Shown here: in pieces, positions 51,770-61,469 of the stretch
Numbering within the stretch: the first letter of the stretch is position 1
How the letters are laid out: every line of letters begins with the position of its first letter
DNA from: an uncultured Deinococcaceae bacterium
Lineage (GTDB): Bacteria; Deinococcota; Deinococci; Deinococcales; Deinococcaceae
Assembly: GCA_964252075.1 (NCBI GenBank)
Contig: CAXULY010000003.1
Span: 156,657 to 220,656 of the forward strand
Direction of reading: 5' to 3'
DNA length: 64,000 bases
Translations under genes and position numbers: made by a program
The notes under the pieces: model-generated
What the model saw: only the letters and a program-made list of their open reading frames with translations
What the model was told of the DNA's origin: nothing
Database searches by the model: none

Positions 51770-52000
51770 TCAGCTGGGCTGGCGGTCCAGCATCCGGATG
51801 TACAGCTGCTCCACCTTCGCGCGCGCCCAGGGCGTCTTGCGGAGGAACTTCAGGCTGGACGGCACGCTGGGGTTCTCGATGAAGCAGCGGATGCGGACGT
51901 GCCGGGCGAGTTCGTCCCAGCCGTAGTGCTCGTGCAGGCGCGTCACGATCTGCTCCAGCGTGACGCCGTGCAGGGGGTCGGCGGAGGCGCGGTCGGTCAT
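51770..52000 (-). CDS. VF530/DUF2132-family small DNA-binding protein
   Basis: [31 protein letters not shown]. Confidence 0.9.
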   Translation of the reverse strand: MTDRASADPLHGVTLEQIVTRLHEHYGWDELARHVRIRCFIENPSVPSSLKFLRKTPWARAKVEQLYIRMLDRQPS

Positions 52001-52035
52001 GCGCGCATGCTAGTGCCCCCGCGTGAGGCGTGCGT

Positions 52036-52932
52036 TCAGGTGTGCCCCTCCCCCATCACGGCCTCCGCGACGGCGCGCACGGCGTCCTGGTGGAAGTCGG
52101 CGTAGAAGGGCGCGGTGAGGTCCGGGTCGGCGCCGAGCCACGCGAGGGCGTCCGGGTACGTGAAGCCGATGCGCTCAGGCAAGTCGCCTGCCTGCGGGTC
52201 GGTTCCCCCCGCTTCTCGCACCGCCGCCTCGATGCGGTCGAAGTACGCGAGGTTCAGCTCGGGCAGGTCCGCGCGGGTGGTCTGCCCGTGGCACGCGAGG
52301 GTCACGGCGGGCTGCAGGGCCGCGAGGCGCCGCAGGCTGGCGCGCAGTTCGCGCAGGTTCGCGGCGCCACTCACATGCGGGAAGGGGAACTCCGCGGCGT
52401 CCCCCGCGATGAGCGTGCGGATCTCCGGGAGCCACAGGGCGAGGTGGTCCGGCGTGTGGCCGGGCGTGTGCAGCAGGTCCACGGTGAGGTCGCCCCCAGC
52501 GAGGCGCAGGTGGTCGTCCACGAGGATGCTGGGCGGCACGAGGCGCACGTCCGCGTAGCGGGGGCCCTCCTGCTGCTTGCGCGCGAGCTTCGCGCGTTCC
52601 GCGTCGCTCTCCAGGCGCGCGGCGGCCTCGCGGTGCCCAATGATGGCGGTCGGCCAGTCCCCGCCAGGCGTGAACACGGTGTTCCCCCAGGCGTGGTCGT
52701 AGTCCGCGTGGGTGTTCAGCACGAGCAGGGGCCGCCCGTTCAGCAGGGGGCGCAGCAGGTCCAGTTCCTGCCGCGCGAGGTCCGGGGTGGAGAGCGTGTC
52801 CACCAGCAGCGCGAAGTGGGTGGTGAGGACGGCGAAGCCGTCCACCTCGTCGCCCGCGCGCAGCACCAGCACGCGCGGGTCGGTGCCGTCGGGGCGGACG
52901 AGGTGCACGGTGTGCGCTTCGAGGTCGAGCAT
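52036..52932 (-). CDS. MBL-fold metallo-hydrolase
   Basis: THADYDH, TPGHT, AGD, CHG. Confidence 0.88.
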   Translation of the reverse strand: MLDLEAHTVHLVRPDGTDPRVLVLRAGDEVDGFAVLTTHFALLVDTLSTPDLARQELDLLRPLLNGRPLLVLNTHADYDHAWGNTVFTPGGDWPTAIIGHREAAARLESDAERAKLARKQQEGPRYADVRLVPPSILVDDHLRLAGGDLTVDLLHTPGHTPDHLALWLPEIRTLIAGDAAEFPFPHVSGAANLRELRASLRRLAALQPAVTLACHGQTTRADLPELNLAYFDRIEAAVREAGGTDPQAGDLPERIGFTYPDALAWLGADPDLTAPFYADFHQDAVRAVAEAVMGEGHT

Positions 52933-52962
52933 GCCCCCAGTGAAGCACGCCGGGCGGGCGTC

Positions 52963-53757
52963 TCAGCGCAGCAGGGAGGCGCCGCCGTCCACGAAGAGCT
53001 CCACGCCGGACACGTGCCGCCCCAGGTCGGACGCGAGGAACAGGCAGGCGTCCGCGACTTCCGACGGGTCGCCCTCGCCCGCGTTCAGGGCGGGGTTCCC
53101 CTCGGGGAGTTCCACCTTGATGCCGATGCTGTCCGTGTCGCGCGGCTCGGTGCGCTCCCCGATGTTCGTCTCGATCTTGCCGGGGCACACGACGTTCACG
53201 CGGATGTGGTGGCGGCCCAGTTCGAGTGCGAGCATCTTCGTGAGGGCCACCTGCCCGGCCTTGCTGGTGCTGTACGCGCTCGCGCCGGGCGTGGAGAAGG
53301 TGCGCGTGCCGTTCACGCTGCTCGTCACGATGATGCTCCCGCCGCCCGCCTGCTTGAGGTGGGGCACGGCGTAATGCACGGTGAGATACGTGCCCGTGAG
53401 GTTGATGGCGATGGTTTTGGCCCACTCGTCCGGCTGGAGTTCCTCGATGGGCGCCCACACGCCGTTGATGCCGGCGTTCGCGAACACGATGTCCAGCCGC
53501 CCGTAGGTCCTTATGGCGTGCTGAATGGCGGCCTCCACGGAGGCCGCGTCGCTCACGTCGCACTCCACGAAGGTGGCGCTGCCGCCCGCCCGCTCGATCT
53601 GCTGGCGCACCTGCTCGCCCGCCTCCTGGTCGAGGTCCGCGAGCACCACGCGGGCGCCCTCCTGTGCGAAGCGCAGCGCGGTGCCCTTGCCGATGCCGCT
53701 CGATCCGCCCGTGATGAACGCGACCTTGTCCGTGAGCATGCCTTGGGGAGTGGTCAT
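52963..53757 (-). CDS. SDR oxidoreductase
   Basis: TGGSSGIG, NAG, YSTSK. Confidence 0.93.
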   Translation of the reverse strand: MTTPQGMLTDKVAFITGGSSGIGKGTALRFAQEGARVVLADLDQEAGEQVRQQIERAGGSATFVECDVSDAASVEAAIQHAIRTYGRLDIVFANAGINGVWAPIEELQPDEWAKTIAINLTGTYLTVHYAVPHLKQAGGGSIIVTSSVNGTRTFSTPGASAYSTSKAGQVALTKMLALELGRHHIRVNVVCPGKIETNIGERTEPRDTDSIGIKVELPEGNPALNAGEGDPSEVADACLFLASDLGRHVSGVELFVDGGASLLR

Positions 53758-54656
53758 GTCTGGTCCTCCTGCGCGGCGGTGCGCGCGTGGTGTTCGGGCG
53801 GCCCGTCCGGCACGCCCTCGGGGCCGCCGGTGGGGGGGGCGGTGTAGTACAGTTCCAGCCAGCGCGCGAGGCCGGTGAGGTCAGGGAAGAGCGTGCGCTC
53901 ATTCACGTTGGACTGGTCGAGGTGGTCGCGCACCTGCCACTTCAGGCGGCTGGGGATCACAACCCGCGTGCAGATGCCCTCGCGCGCGGCGAGCCAGTCG
54001 TCCATCGCTTCGTCCGGGCTGGACAGGAAGCCGAACAGCGCGTACTGCTGCACGATGCGCTGGTCGAGGGATGGTGGTTCGAGGAACACCAGAAACGGCG
54101 TGTCGCTCAGGCCCTCCAGGGTGCTGAGGGCGCTCGCGTCGAAGGGGCCAGGGGTGAGGGGCCCGGCGAGGGTGGCGGCCTGCAGGAGTTCCACTGTGAA
54201 CACCTGGCTGCCCTCCTGCGCGAGTCGTTCGTGCAGGGGGCGCGGCAGGTGGTCGTTGCTGCGCGCGTGGTTCACCATCCAGATGACGCCGTCGTGCCCG
54301 AAGTGCTGCAGGTCGCGCGTCGCGAAGTGCAGCGCGACGAGCGGCGAGTACGTGAAGTCCAGCAGGCGGGTGGGGAGGCTGTGGTGCTGCCCGAGCGCCA
54401 GCCAGTGCCACAGCGAGTCGCCGCCGCCCGCGTCCCGCTGCGCGTACTTGCGGAAGTTGCGCAGCAGGTGGCGTTCGTTGGCGCGCAGGTCGCCGCCCAG
54501 GCGCTGCAGGCTGGTGCGCAGCGGGAAGCGGGCGTCGTGCGAGCCGTGAAAGACGTACGGTGAGCGGTGTCGGCGCAGGTCGGCGTTCCAGGTGTCGGCG
54601 TACAGCAGCTCGATCAGGTGCGACCATGACCGCGCCACTTCGGACTGCACAGGCAT
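53754..54656 (-). CDS. FRG-domain protein (variant FHG motif)
   Basis: YVFHG, QHHSLPTRLLDFT.SPLVALHFA, RIVQQ, NERTLFPDL.G. Confidence 0.85.
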   Translation of the reverse strand: MPVQSEVARSWSHLIELLYADTWNADLRRHRSPYVFHGSHDARFPLRTSLQRLGGDLRANERHLLRNFRKYAQRDAGGGDSLWHWLALGQHHSLPTRLLDFTYSPLVALHFATRDLQHFGHDGVIWMVNHARSNDHLPRPLHERLAQEGSQVFTVELLQAATLAGPLTPGPFDASALSTLEGLSDTPFLVFLEPPSLDQRIVQQYALFGFLSSPDEAMDDWLAAREGICTRVVIPSRLKWQVRDHLDQSNVNERTLFPDLTGLARWLELYYTAPPTGGPEGVPDGPPEHHARTAAQEDQT

Positions 54657-54749
54657 ATCGTCCCCCACGGGTGAGAAGCGGCGGGTGGGTTCGGTGCGTG
54701 CCGCGGTGAGGCTGGGGGCGTCCGGCCCACCGGGCCGGACGCCCGCGCT

Positions 54750-56564
54750 TCAGGCGGGGCGCGGCGCGGCGCGGACCTGCAGGATCACGGCGGTCTTGCC
54801 GGGCAGCGTGTGGCTGGACACGACGGCGCTCGCCACGAGCACCTCGGCGTCCGCGAGCGGCAGGTCCGGCACGTCTGGGAAGATCGCGGGGTCCTCACCG
54901 AAGTTCACGAGCAGCACGCGCGCTTCGTCGCCGTGCGTGCGCGACACCCACAGGACGGTCCCCGCGTGGCCCGCCTGCAGGTCCGCGCGGTCGGTGTGCT
55001 GCAGGACCGGGTCGTCGCGGCGCAGGCGCAGCAGCTGGCGGTACAGTTCCTGCGCGCGGGCGTGCTCGCCCTCCCCCGCCTCAGCCCAGTTCAGGGTGCT
55101 CTGCCGGAAGGTGCGTTCCGCCTGCGGGTCCGGCACGCTCTCGCCTTCCATCGAGGTGGTGAAGGCCTCGAAGTGCGCGAATTCCCGGAGGCGACCCTCC
55201 GTGACGAGCTTGCCCAGCTCACCCTGGTGGTCGGAGAAGTACTGGAAGCGGCTGCTCGTCATCCACTCCTGCCCCTGGAACAGCAGGGGCGTCATGGGCA
55301 GGAACAGCAGCAGGGTGCTGGCCGCCAGGAAGCCCTCGGTGCCCGCCACTTCCTGCAGGCGGTCCCCGAGCGCGCGGTTCCCGATCTGGTCGTGGTTCTG
55401 GATGCAGTACACGAAGCTGGAGGCGGGCAGGTCGTCGGCGGGGGCGCCGCGCGGGTGCGGGTCGCCCAGCGGCCACTCCTGCCCCTCGAACAGCCAGCCG
55501 CGCTGGATGCAGCGCACGAGTTCGCTGAGGTCCGGGCGGTAGGCGCTGTAGTAACCGTCCTGTTCGCCCGTGACGAGCACCTGCACCTGGTGGTGGAAGT
55601 CGTCGGCCCACATGCCGTCCATGCCGGTCTGCGTGACGAGGGCGGGGTCGTTGCGGTCGTCCTCGCAGAACAGGAAGTGGTTCGTGCCGAGCTCCCCGCA
55701 CAGTTGGTGCACGTGCTCCGCGAGTTCCGTCAGGAGGTGCTTGGGGGAGTCGTCGTAGATCTCGTGCGTGGCGTCCAGCCGGAAGCCGTCGAAGCGGTAG
55801 GTGCGCAGCCAGTGCTCGGCGCTGTCCAGCGCGAGGCGGCGCATGTGCGGCTCGGGGTAGTTCAGGGCGTCGCCCCAGGGGGTCTTGAGTTCGGGCGTGA
55901 AGTACTCGGGGCTGTACGCGCCCAGGTAGTTGCCGTCCGGCCCGAAGTGATTCAGCACGAGGTCCAGCAGCACCGCGAGGCCCAGGCGGTGCGCCTCGTC
56001 AATGAAGGCCATGAGGTCCTCGGGCGGGCCGTACCCGGCGAAGGGCGCGAAGGGCGCCACGCCGTCGTACCCCCAGCCCCAGCGACCAGGGAAACTGGAG
56101 AGCGGCATGAGCTCCACGCAGTTCACTCCCAGGTCCCGCAGGTGCGTCAGTTTCTCCTGCGCGGCGCGGTAGGTGCCTTCGGGCGTGAAGGTCCCCACGT
56201 GCAGTTCGTAGATGACGAGGTCGCGCCGCCGCAGGGCGGGCGCCTGGTGCTGGAAGCGGTGGGTGGGCTGCCACACCACCGCCGGGCCGTGCACGCCGTC
56301 GGGGAGCGAGCGGGCGTAGGGGTCGGGCAGCGTCTGGCCGTCCACCTCAAATGTGTAGCAGGTGCCGGGCGTCACGTCCTCGAAGTGCGCTTCGAAGACG
56401 CCGCCGCCCACGGCGCGCAGGGGCCGCGCGCCCTGCGGCTGGCCCTGGTCGTACAGCACGACGGCGGCGTTCGTGGCGCGCGGGCTCCACAGGCGGAAGG
56501 TGGTGCCGGTCGGGTCGGGGAGGGCGCCCAGTGGGGCGGTGTTCGTGGGGATGGATGTGGTCAT
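54750..56564 (-). CDS. treZ: Malto-oligosyltrehalose trehalohydrolase (GH13)
   Basis: YELHVGTF, WGYDG, FRLDATH, QNHDQIGNR, LFQGQE. Confidence 0.93.
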   Translation of the reverse strand: MTTSIPTNTAPLGALPDPTGTTFRLWSPRATNAAVVLYDQGQPQGARPLRAVGGGVFEAHFEDVTPGTCYTFEVDGQTLPDPYARSLPDGVHGPAVVWQPTHRFQHQAPALRRRDLVIYELHVGTFTPEGTYRAAQEKLTHLRDLGVNCVELMPLSSFPGRWGWGYDGVAPFAPFAGYGPPEDLMAFIDEAHRLGLAVLLDLVLNHFGPDGNYLGAYSPEYFTPELKTPWGDALNYPEPHMRRLALDSAEHWLRTYRFDGFRLDATHEIYDDSPKHLLTELAEHVHQLCGELGTNHFLFCEDDRNDPALVTQTGMDGMWADDFHHQVQVLVTGEQDGYYSAYRPDLSELVRCIQRGWLFEGQEWPLGDPHPRGAPADDLPASSFVYCIQNHDQIGNRALGDRLQEVAGTEGFLAASTLLLFLPMTPLLFQGQEWMTSSRFQYFSDHQGELGKLVTEGRLREFAHFEAFTTSMEGESVPDPQAERTFRQSTLNWAEAGEGEHARAQELYRQLLRLRRDDPVLQHTDRADLQAGHAGTVLWVSRTHGDEARVLLVNFGEDPAIFPDVPDLPLADAEVLVASAVVSSHTLPGKTAVILQVRAAPRPA

Positions 56565-56628
56565 GGGTGCCTCAACTGCTTTCTGCGGGTCTGGTCCTGA
56601 TGGTGTCTCGGTGGCGGCGCGAAGACCG

Positions 56629-57462
56629 TCAGCGGTCGTCCTGTTGCGCGCGGGCGGCGGGGCGGCGCTCCACGAGGTCGAAGGTGTCGCCCGCGCCCAG
56701 CACGTGCAGGCGTACGTCGAAGAGGGACAGCACGTCGCTCGTGGCGGCCTCCGCGACGTTCGAGCTGCTCACGTCGCTGCCGTCCAGCACCGTCACGCCG
56801 CCGCTGCCCAGCACCGTGAAGTGATCGCCCTCCACGACGGTGGCGGTGTCCTCGTCAATGCCGATGCCGAGCACGCGGGGGTTCTGCGCGACGGCGCCCA
56901 CGAGGCGGCCCATGCGGCCGCGCTCCGCGAAGTGCTGGTCCACGATGACGCCCCGGATGAGGCCCAGGCCGGGCGCCATGCGGAGGTCCCCGATGCGGCT
57001 GGATTCACGCGCGCTGCCGGTCACGAGCATGGTCTCGCACATGGCGCTGGCGCCCGCGGAGGTGCCGCACACCACGCCGCCCGCCGCGTACACCGCCTGC
57101 ACGCACGCCTCCAGCGGGGTGTCCCCGATCTGGCTGGTGATGCGCAGCTGGTCGCCGCCCGTGAAGAACACGCCGGTGGCGCCCTCGAAGGCCGAGAGCA
57201 GCCGCTCGTCGTGCGTTTCGGTGCGGTCGTGCACGTACACCTCGCGGGTGTCCGTCACGCCGAGCTCCGCGAAGGCCTGCTGGTACATCTCGAAGTACCC
57301 TTCCGGCTGGTGCGACGCGACCGTCATCACGACGAGGCGGCCCCCGCCGGTGCGGCGCGCGACTTCCTTCAGGATCGGCCGGTCCCTTTCCTTGTCCTCG
57401 TGTCCCCCGATGATGATGAGGGTGCCCTGCTGCGTGCTGACCGCGTGCTTACGGCGTGCCAT
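56629..57462 (-). CDS. cphB: Cyanophycinase (S51)
   Basis: IIGGHED, FTGGDQ, GTSAGA, DQHF.ERGR.GRL, GIDEDT. Confidence 0.93.
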   Translation of the reverse strand: MARRKHAVSTQQGTLIIIGGHEDKERDRPILKEVARRTGGGRLVVMTVASHQPEGYFEMYQQAFAELGVTDTREVYVHDRTETHDERLLSAFEGATGVFFTGGDQLRITSQIGDTPLEACVQAVYAAGGVVCGTSAGASAMCETMLVTGSARESSRIGDLRMAPGLGLIRGVIVDQHFAERGRMGRLVGAVAQNPRVLGIGIDEDTATVVEGDHFTVLGSGGVTVLDGSDVSSSNVAEAATSDVLSLFDVRLHVLGAGDTFDLVERRPAARAQQDDR

Positions 57463-58357
57463 GAGTCCCCTGTTCCACCATGCGGCCCTCCGCATTGGCC
57501 CGGTCTTTCTCCAGCGCGACCTGCGGGCCGCTCATGTCGTGCGTCTGCCACGCCACCGCGAACTGCGGGCTGTTGTGCGCCCAGCCGAGCGCGCCGTCCG
57601 GCTTCACGAGGATCAGGCCCGCGTCGCCGCCCACGCGCTCCGTCATGCCCTGCAGGGCGAGCGTGAGGGCCTGGTCGGGTGAAAGGTGACGGCTGTGCTC
57701 CAGCGCCTGACGCGCCAGCCCCACCCGCACCATGAATTCGCCCTCGCCGGACCCGGCGATGGCGCCGAGCGCGTCGTCGGCGTAGAAGCCGGAGCCCGCC
57801 TGCGGGGAGTCCCCCACGCGGCCGGGCGGCTGGCCTTCCGTGCCGCCCGTGCTGGTGCCCGCCGCGACGTGTCCGTACACGTCGAGCGCCACGGCGCCCA
57901 CGGTGTCGTCCGACGCGGCGGCGCTGGGCGGCAGCGCGAGCGTCTCGCCGTCCGGCATGGTCAGGCCCTGCTGCGCGGCGAAGGTGCGCGCGTCGTCGCC
58001 CACCAGCAGCACCTGCTTGGCGTCCAGCAGACGCCGCGCGACCAGCACGGGGTGGCGCACGCCCTCCAGCGCCGCGACCGCCCCGATGTTCAGGGTCTCG
58101 CCGTCCATCAGCGCGGCGTCCAGCTGTACGCGACCGTCCGTGCGGCGCGCGGCGCCCTCGCCCGCGTTGAAGGTCGGGTCGTCCTCCAGCACCCGGATGG
58201 CCGCCGTGACGGCCTCCGTGGCGTGCCCACCGCCGCGCAGCACCGCGCGGCCCGCCGCGAGCGCCGCCAGCACGCCCGAGCGGTGCGCGGCGCGCTGCTC
58301 CTCGGGGATCTCCTTGGCGCCGCCGTGCACGATGAGGGTCCAGGGGTGGCCGCTCAT
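57449..58357 (-). CDS. iaaA: Isoaspartyl peptidase/L-asparaginase (Ntn hydrolase)
   Basis: VHGGA, LEDDPTFNAG, D|TVGAVALD, TSTGG, GRVGDSP. Confidence 0.92.
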   Translation of the reverse strand: MSGHPWTLIVHGGAKEIPEEQRAAHRSGVLAALAAGRAVLRGGGHATEAVTAAIRVLEDDPTFNAGEGAARRTDGRVQLDAALMDGETLNIGAVAALEGVRHPVLVARRLLDAKQVLLVGDDARTFAAQQGLTMPDGETLALPPSAAASDDTVGAVALDVYGHVAAGTSTGGTEGQPPGRVGDSPQAGSGFYADDALGAIAGSGEGEFMVRVGLARQALEHSRHLSPDQALTLALQGMTERVGGDAGLILVKPDGALGWAHNSPQFAVAWQTHDMSGPQVALEKDRANAEGRMVEQGTHGTP

Positions 58358-61161
58358 GCGTGCCGCCTTTCCTGCGGTTCGGGCGTGATGGGCGGCGTGA
58401 GGTGTGCGCTGTCGAAGTCCAGCATCTGCTGCCAGGCGGCCTCCACGAGGTTCGGCAGCAGCACCAGCAGGTCGCCGGGCCGCGCGGCGCGCAGGCCCGC
58501 GTCGATCGCCTCGGTCTCGTCCAGGATGACGCGCATCTGTTCGTCCGGCAGGCCCGCCGCGAGCGCGCCCTGCCGGGTGAGTTCGGCGCTCTCGCCATTG
58601 GGGCGCCCGCGCCGGTCGTCGTCCTCGCGCAGGATCAGTTCGTCGAACATGCCCGCGAGCAGGCGCCCCATCTCGAGGATGTCCTGGTCGCGGCGGTCGC
58701 CCGCCACGCCGAACACCCCGATCACGCGCCCGCCCTCGGGCCGCAGGGCCTGCAGCAGCCCGCCGAGCTGCGCGAGGCCGTCCGGGTTGTGCGCGTAATC
58801 CAGCAGCACCCGGAACGGGTGGCCCTCGTACAGGTTCAGGCGACCGGGGCTCTGCTCGAAGGACGTGCTGAAGGTCTTCAAGGCGTCGCGGATCTCGTGG
58901 ATGGGCACGTCCAGGCCCACCGCGATGGCGATGGCGGCGAGGGCGTTCTCGACGTTCACGCGCGCGGCGCCGTACATGGTGGCGGGAATGTCGTTCGCGC
59001 GGATGACGGCGGTGCGCTCCCGCTCGCGGTACAGCACCAGTTCGTCGCCCACCAGGGTGGGTTCGCGCACCAGCGCGATGCCGCCCGCCGCGATGTGCCG
59101 CGCGAGGTGCTCGGGATGCGTGACGGCACCCTCCATCGAGAAGAACGCGATCTGCCCGCCCGCCTTCCTCGCCATCGCGGCGGTGAGGGGGTCGTCGGCG
59201 TTCAGGACGCTCACGCCGCCCGGCGACACCACCTCCACCACGAGGCCCTTCACGAAGGCGAGGTCCTCGACGGTCTCGATGCCCTTGAGGCCCAGGTGGT
59301 CCGGGCGGATGTTCAGCACCGCGCCCACCTGGCACTGGTCGAAGCCCAGGCCCTCGCGCAGGATGCCGCCGCGCGCCGTCTCCAGCACTGCGACCTCCAC
59401 GGTCGGGTCGCTGAGGATCACCTGCGCGCTCTTCGGGCCGGTGGTGTCGCCGTCCACGATGCGGTCCTCGCCGAGGTAAATGCCGTTCGAGGTGGTGAGG
59501 CCCACCATGCGCCCGGTGTGCCGCAGGATGTGCGCCACCATGCGCGAGGTGGTGCTCTTGCCGTTCGTGCCGGTGATCGCGACGACCGGAATGCGGCACG
59601 GCACGTCCGGCGGGAAGAGGCTGTCCAGCACGGGCGCCGCCACGTTGCGCGGGGTGCCCTCGGAGGGCTGCAGGTGCATGCGGAAGCCCGGCGCGGCGTT
59701 CACCTCCACGATGCCGCCGCCCGTCTTGAACACCGACTCGCTGATGTCCGGCGTGATGAAGTCAATGCCCGCCACGTCCAGCCCCACGATGAGCGCCGCG
59801 CGGCGCGCGACCATGGCGTTGTCCGGGTGGATGACGTCCGTGCGGTCCACGGCGGTGCCGCCCGTGGAGAGGTTCGCGGTGTCCCGCAGGAACACCGCCT
59901 CGTTCGCGGCGGGCACGCTGTCCGGCGTGAGGCCGCGGCGCGCCAGGAGGTCCAGCACGTGCTCGTCCAGCGTGATGCGCGTCATGACCTGCTCGTGGCC
60001 GTCCCCGCGGCGCGGGTCGAGGTTCGTTTCGTCCACCAGCGCCCGGATGCTGCGCTGGCCGTCACCGACCACGTGCGCGGGCACGCGCTCGGCCACCGCG
60101 ATCACCTTCCCGCCCACCACCAGCACGCGGTGGTCGTTGCCAGTGTAGTGCTGCTCCACCACGACGTTGCGGCCGTGCGCGCTGGCCTGCTTGAAACCCC
60201 AGATGACCTGCTCGGGGGACTCCAGGTTGATGGACACGCCGCGCCCGTGGTTGCCGTCCAGCGGCTTCGTGACGACCGGGAACCCGAGGCGCTGCGCTTC
60301 CCGCACGGCCTCCTCGGCGCTGCGCACCACCGCGCCGCGCGGCACGGGCAGGCCCGCGCGGTCCAGCAGCTGCTTCGTGAGGGCCTTGTCGCTCGCGGTT
60401 TCCGTGGCGATGAAGGAGGTCTGCTGCGTGATGCTGGCGCGCACCCGCCGCCCGTACCGACCGTACCCAAATTGCACGAGGCTGTGGTCGTCCAGGCGCA
60501 GGTACGGAATGCCGCGCCGACGCGCTTCCTCCACCAGCGACGCGGTGGTGGGCCCGAAGGCGTAGCGCTTCACGAGGTACCGCAACTCCGTGAGGTCGTG
60601 CTCCAGGTCGAAGGGCGCCTCAGGGTCGAGTTCCGTCTGGATGCCGCGCGGCATCAGGAGGTCCAGGCCCTGCACGCCCTGCAGGTCCTGCGGCAGCAGG
60701 CTGTCCACCAGCCGCAGGGCCACCATGCCCGCGAGTTGCCCCACGCGCTCCTCGCGCTGTTCGTACACGACGTTGTACACGCCGGGCTCGCCGCGCACGG
60801 AGCGCGTCTTGCCGTACGTGACGGGCAGGCCCGCCAGGGCCTGCAGTTCCAGCGCGACGTGCTCCGCGATGTGGCCCAGCCACGTGCCGTCGCGCAGGCG
60901 CCGCACGAAGCCGCCCGGTTCGCCGTAGGAGCAGCCGTGCTCCTGCAGGGTGGGCAGCGCGGCCAGCAGGCGGTCCGTGAAGTCAGGGAGGGCGTTCGAC
61001 GGGTAATCCTCCAGGGCGCCCAGATCCAGCTTCACGCGGATCATGGGGCGGTACCCGTACAGGTTCGGGCCGCGGTACACCTGGCGCTCCAGGACCCTCA
61101 GCCCGCCCGTGGGTGGGGTAATGCTCTCGGCGTGCTCGTTCATCGCGTGGTGCTGCGTCAT
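58354..61161 (-). CDS. cphA: Cyanophycin synthetase CphA1
   Basis: N-domain C-x19-H-x2-E-H; ATP-grasp (KPLDGNHGRG, EVNAAPG); Mur-ligase domain (GTNGKST, ETARGG, DYAHN). Confidence 0.96.
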   Translation of the reverse strand: MTQHHAMNEHAESITPPTGGLRVLERQVYRGPNLYGYRPMIRVKLDLGALEDYPSNALPDFTDRLLAALPTLQEHGCSYGEPGGFVRRLRDGTWLGHIAEHVALELQALAGLPVTYGKTRSVRGEPGVYNVVYEQREERVGQLAGMVALRLVDSLLPQDLQGVQGLDLLMPRGIQTELDPEAPFDLEHDLTELRYLVKRYAFGPTTASLVEEARRRGIPYLRLDDHSLVQFGYGRYGRRVRASITQQTSFIATETASDKALTKQLLDRAGLPVPRGAVVRSAEEAVREAQRLGFPVVTKPLDGNHGRGVSINLESPEQVIWGFKQASAHGRNVVVEQHYTGNDHRVLVVGGKVIAVAERVPAHVVGDGQRSIRALVDETNLDPRRGDGHEQVMTRITLDEHVLDLLARRGLTPDSVPAANEAVFLRDTANLSTGGTAVDRTDVIHPDNAMVARRAALIVGLDVAGIDFITPDISESVFKTGGGIVEVNAAPGFRMHLQPSEGTPRNVAAPVLDSLFPPDVPCRIPVVAITGTNGKSTTSRMVAHILRHTGRMVGLTTSNGIYLGEDRIVDGDTTGPKSAQVILSDPTVEVAVLETARGGILREGLGFDQCQVGAVLNIRPDHLGLKGIETVEDLAFVKGLVVEVVSPGGVSVLNADDPLTAAMARKAGGQIAFFSMEGAVTHPEHLARHIAAGGIALVREPTLVGDELVLYRERERTAVIRANDIPATMYGAARVNVENALAAIAIAVGLDVPIHEIRDALKTFSTSFEQSPGRLNLYEGHPFRVLLDYAHNPDGLAQLGGLLQALRPEGGRVIGVFGVAGDRRDQDILEMGRLLAGMFDELILREDDDRRGRPNGESAELTRQGALAAGLPDEQMRVILDETEAIDAGLRAARPGDLLVLLPNLVEAAWQQMLDFDSAHLTPPITPEPQERRHA

Positions 61162-61469
61162 GGGCTGGCTTCCTTTCAACCGCGTGCAGGTTGACGGTCA
61201 GCCTAGAGTCGCACCCAGCGCGCTGCGTCCCCAGCTGCGTGAGCGGAACTTGATCTGTTTCAGCGCCCGGCTGTGCAGGACCTCAAGATTGTGAAGGTCG
61301 GCCTGACGGCCCTGTGTCAGCGGCCCCAATTCGAGCCGTGCTGGGGCCGGAAGCGCGTCTGGCGCGCGCCGTGGACCGTGGGGTGCAAACCACGCCAAGG
61401 TTGAGCTTCCTGAAGGAAGCGCGAAGGTTCCCTCACGCCCGCCATGACGACGCAGGGTATCTCCGGTGC

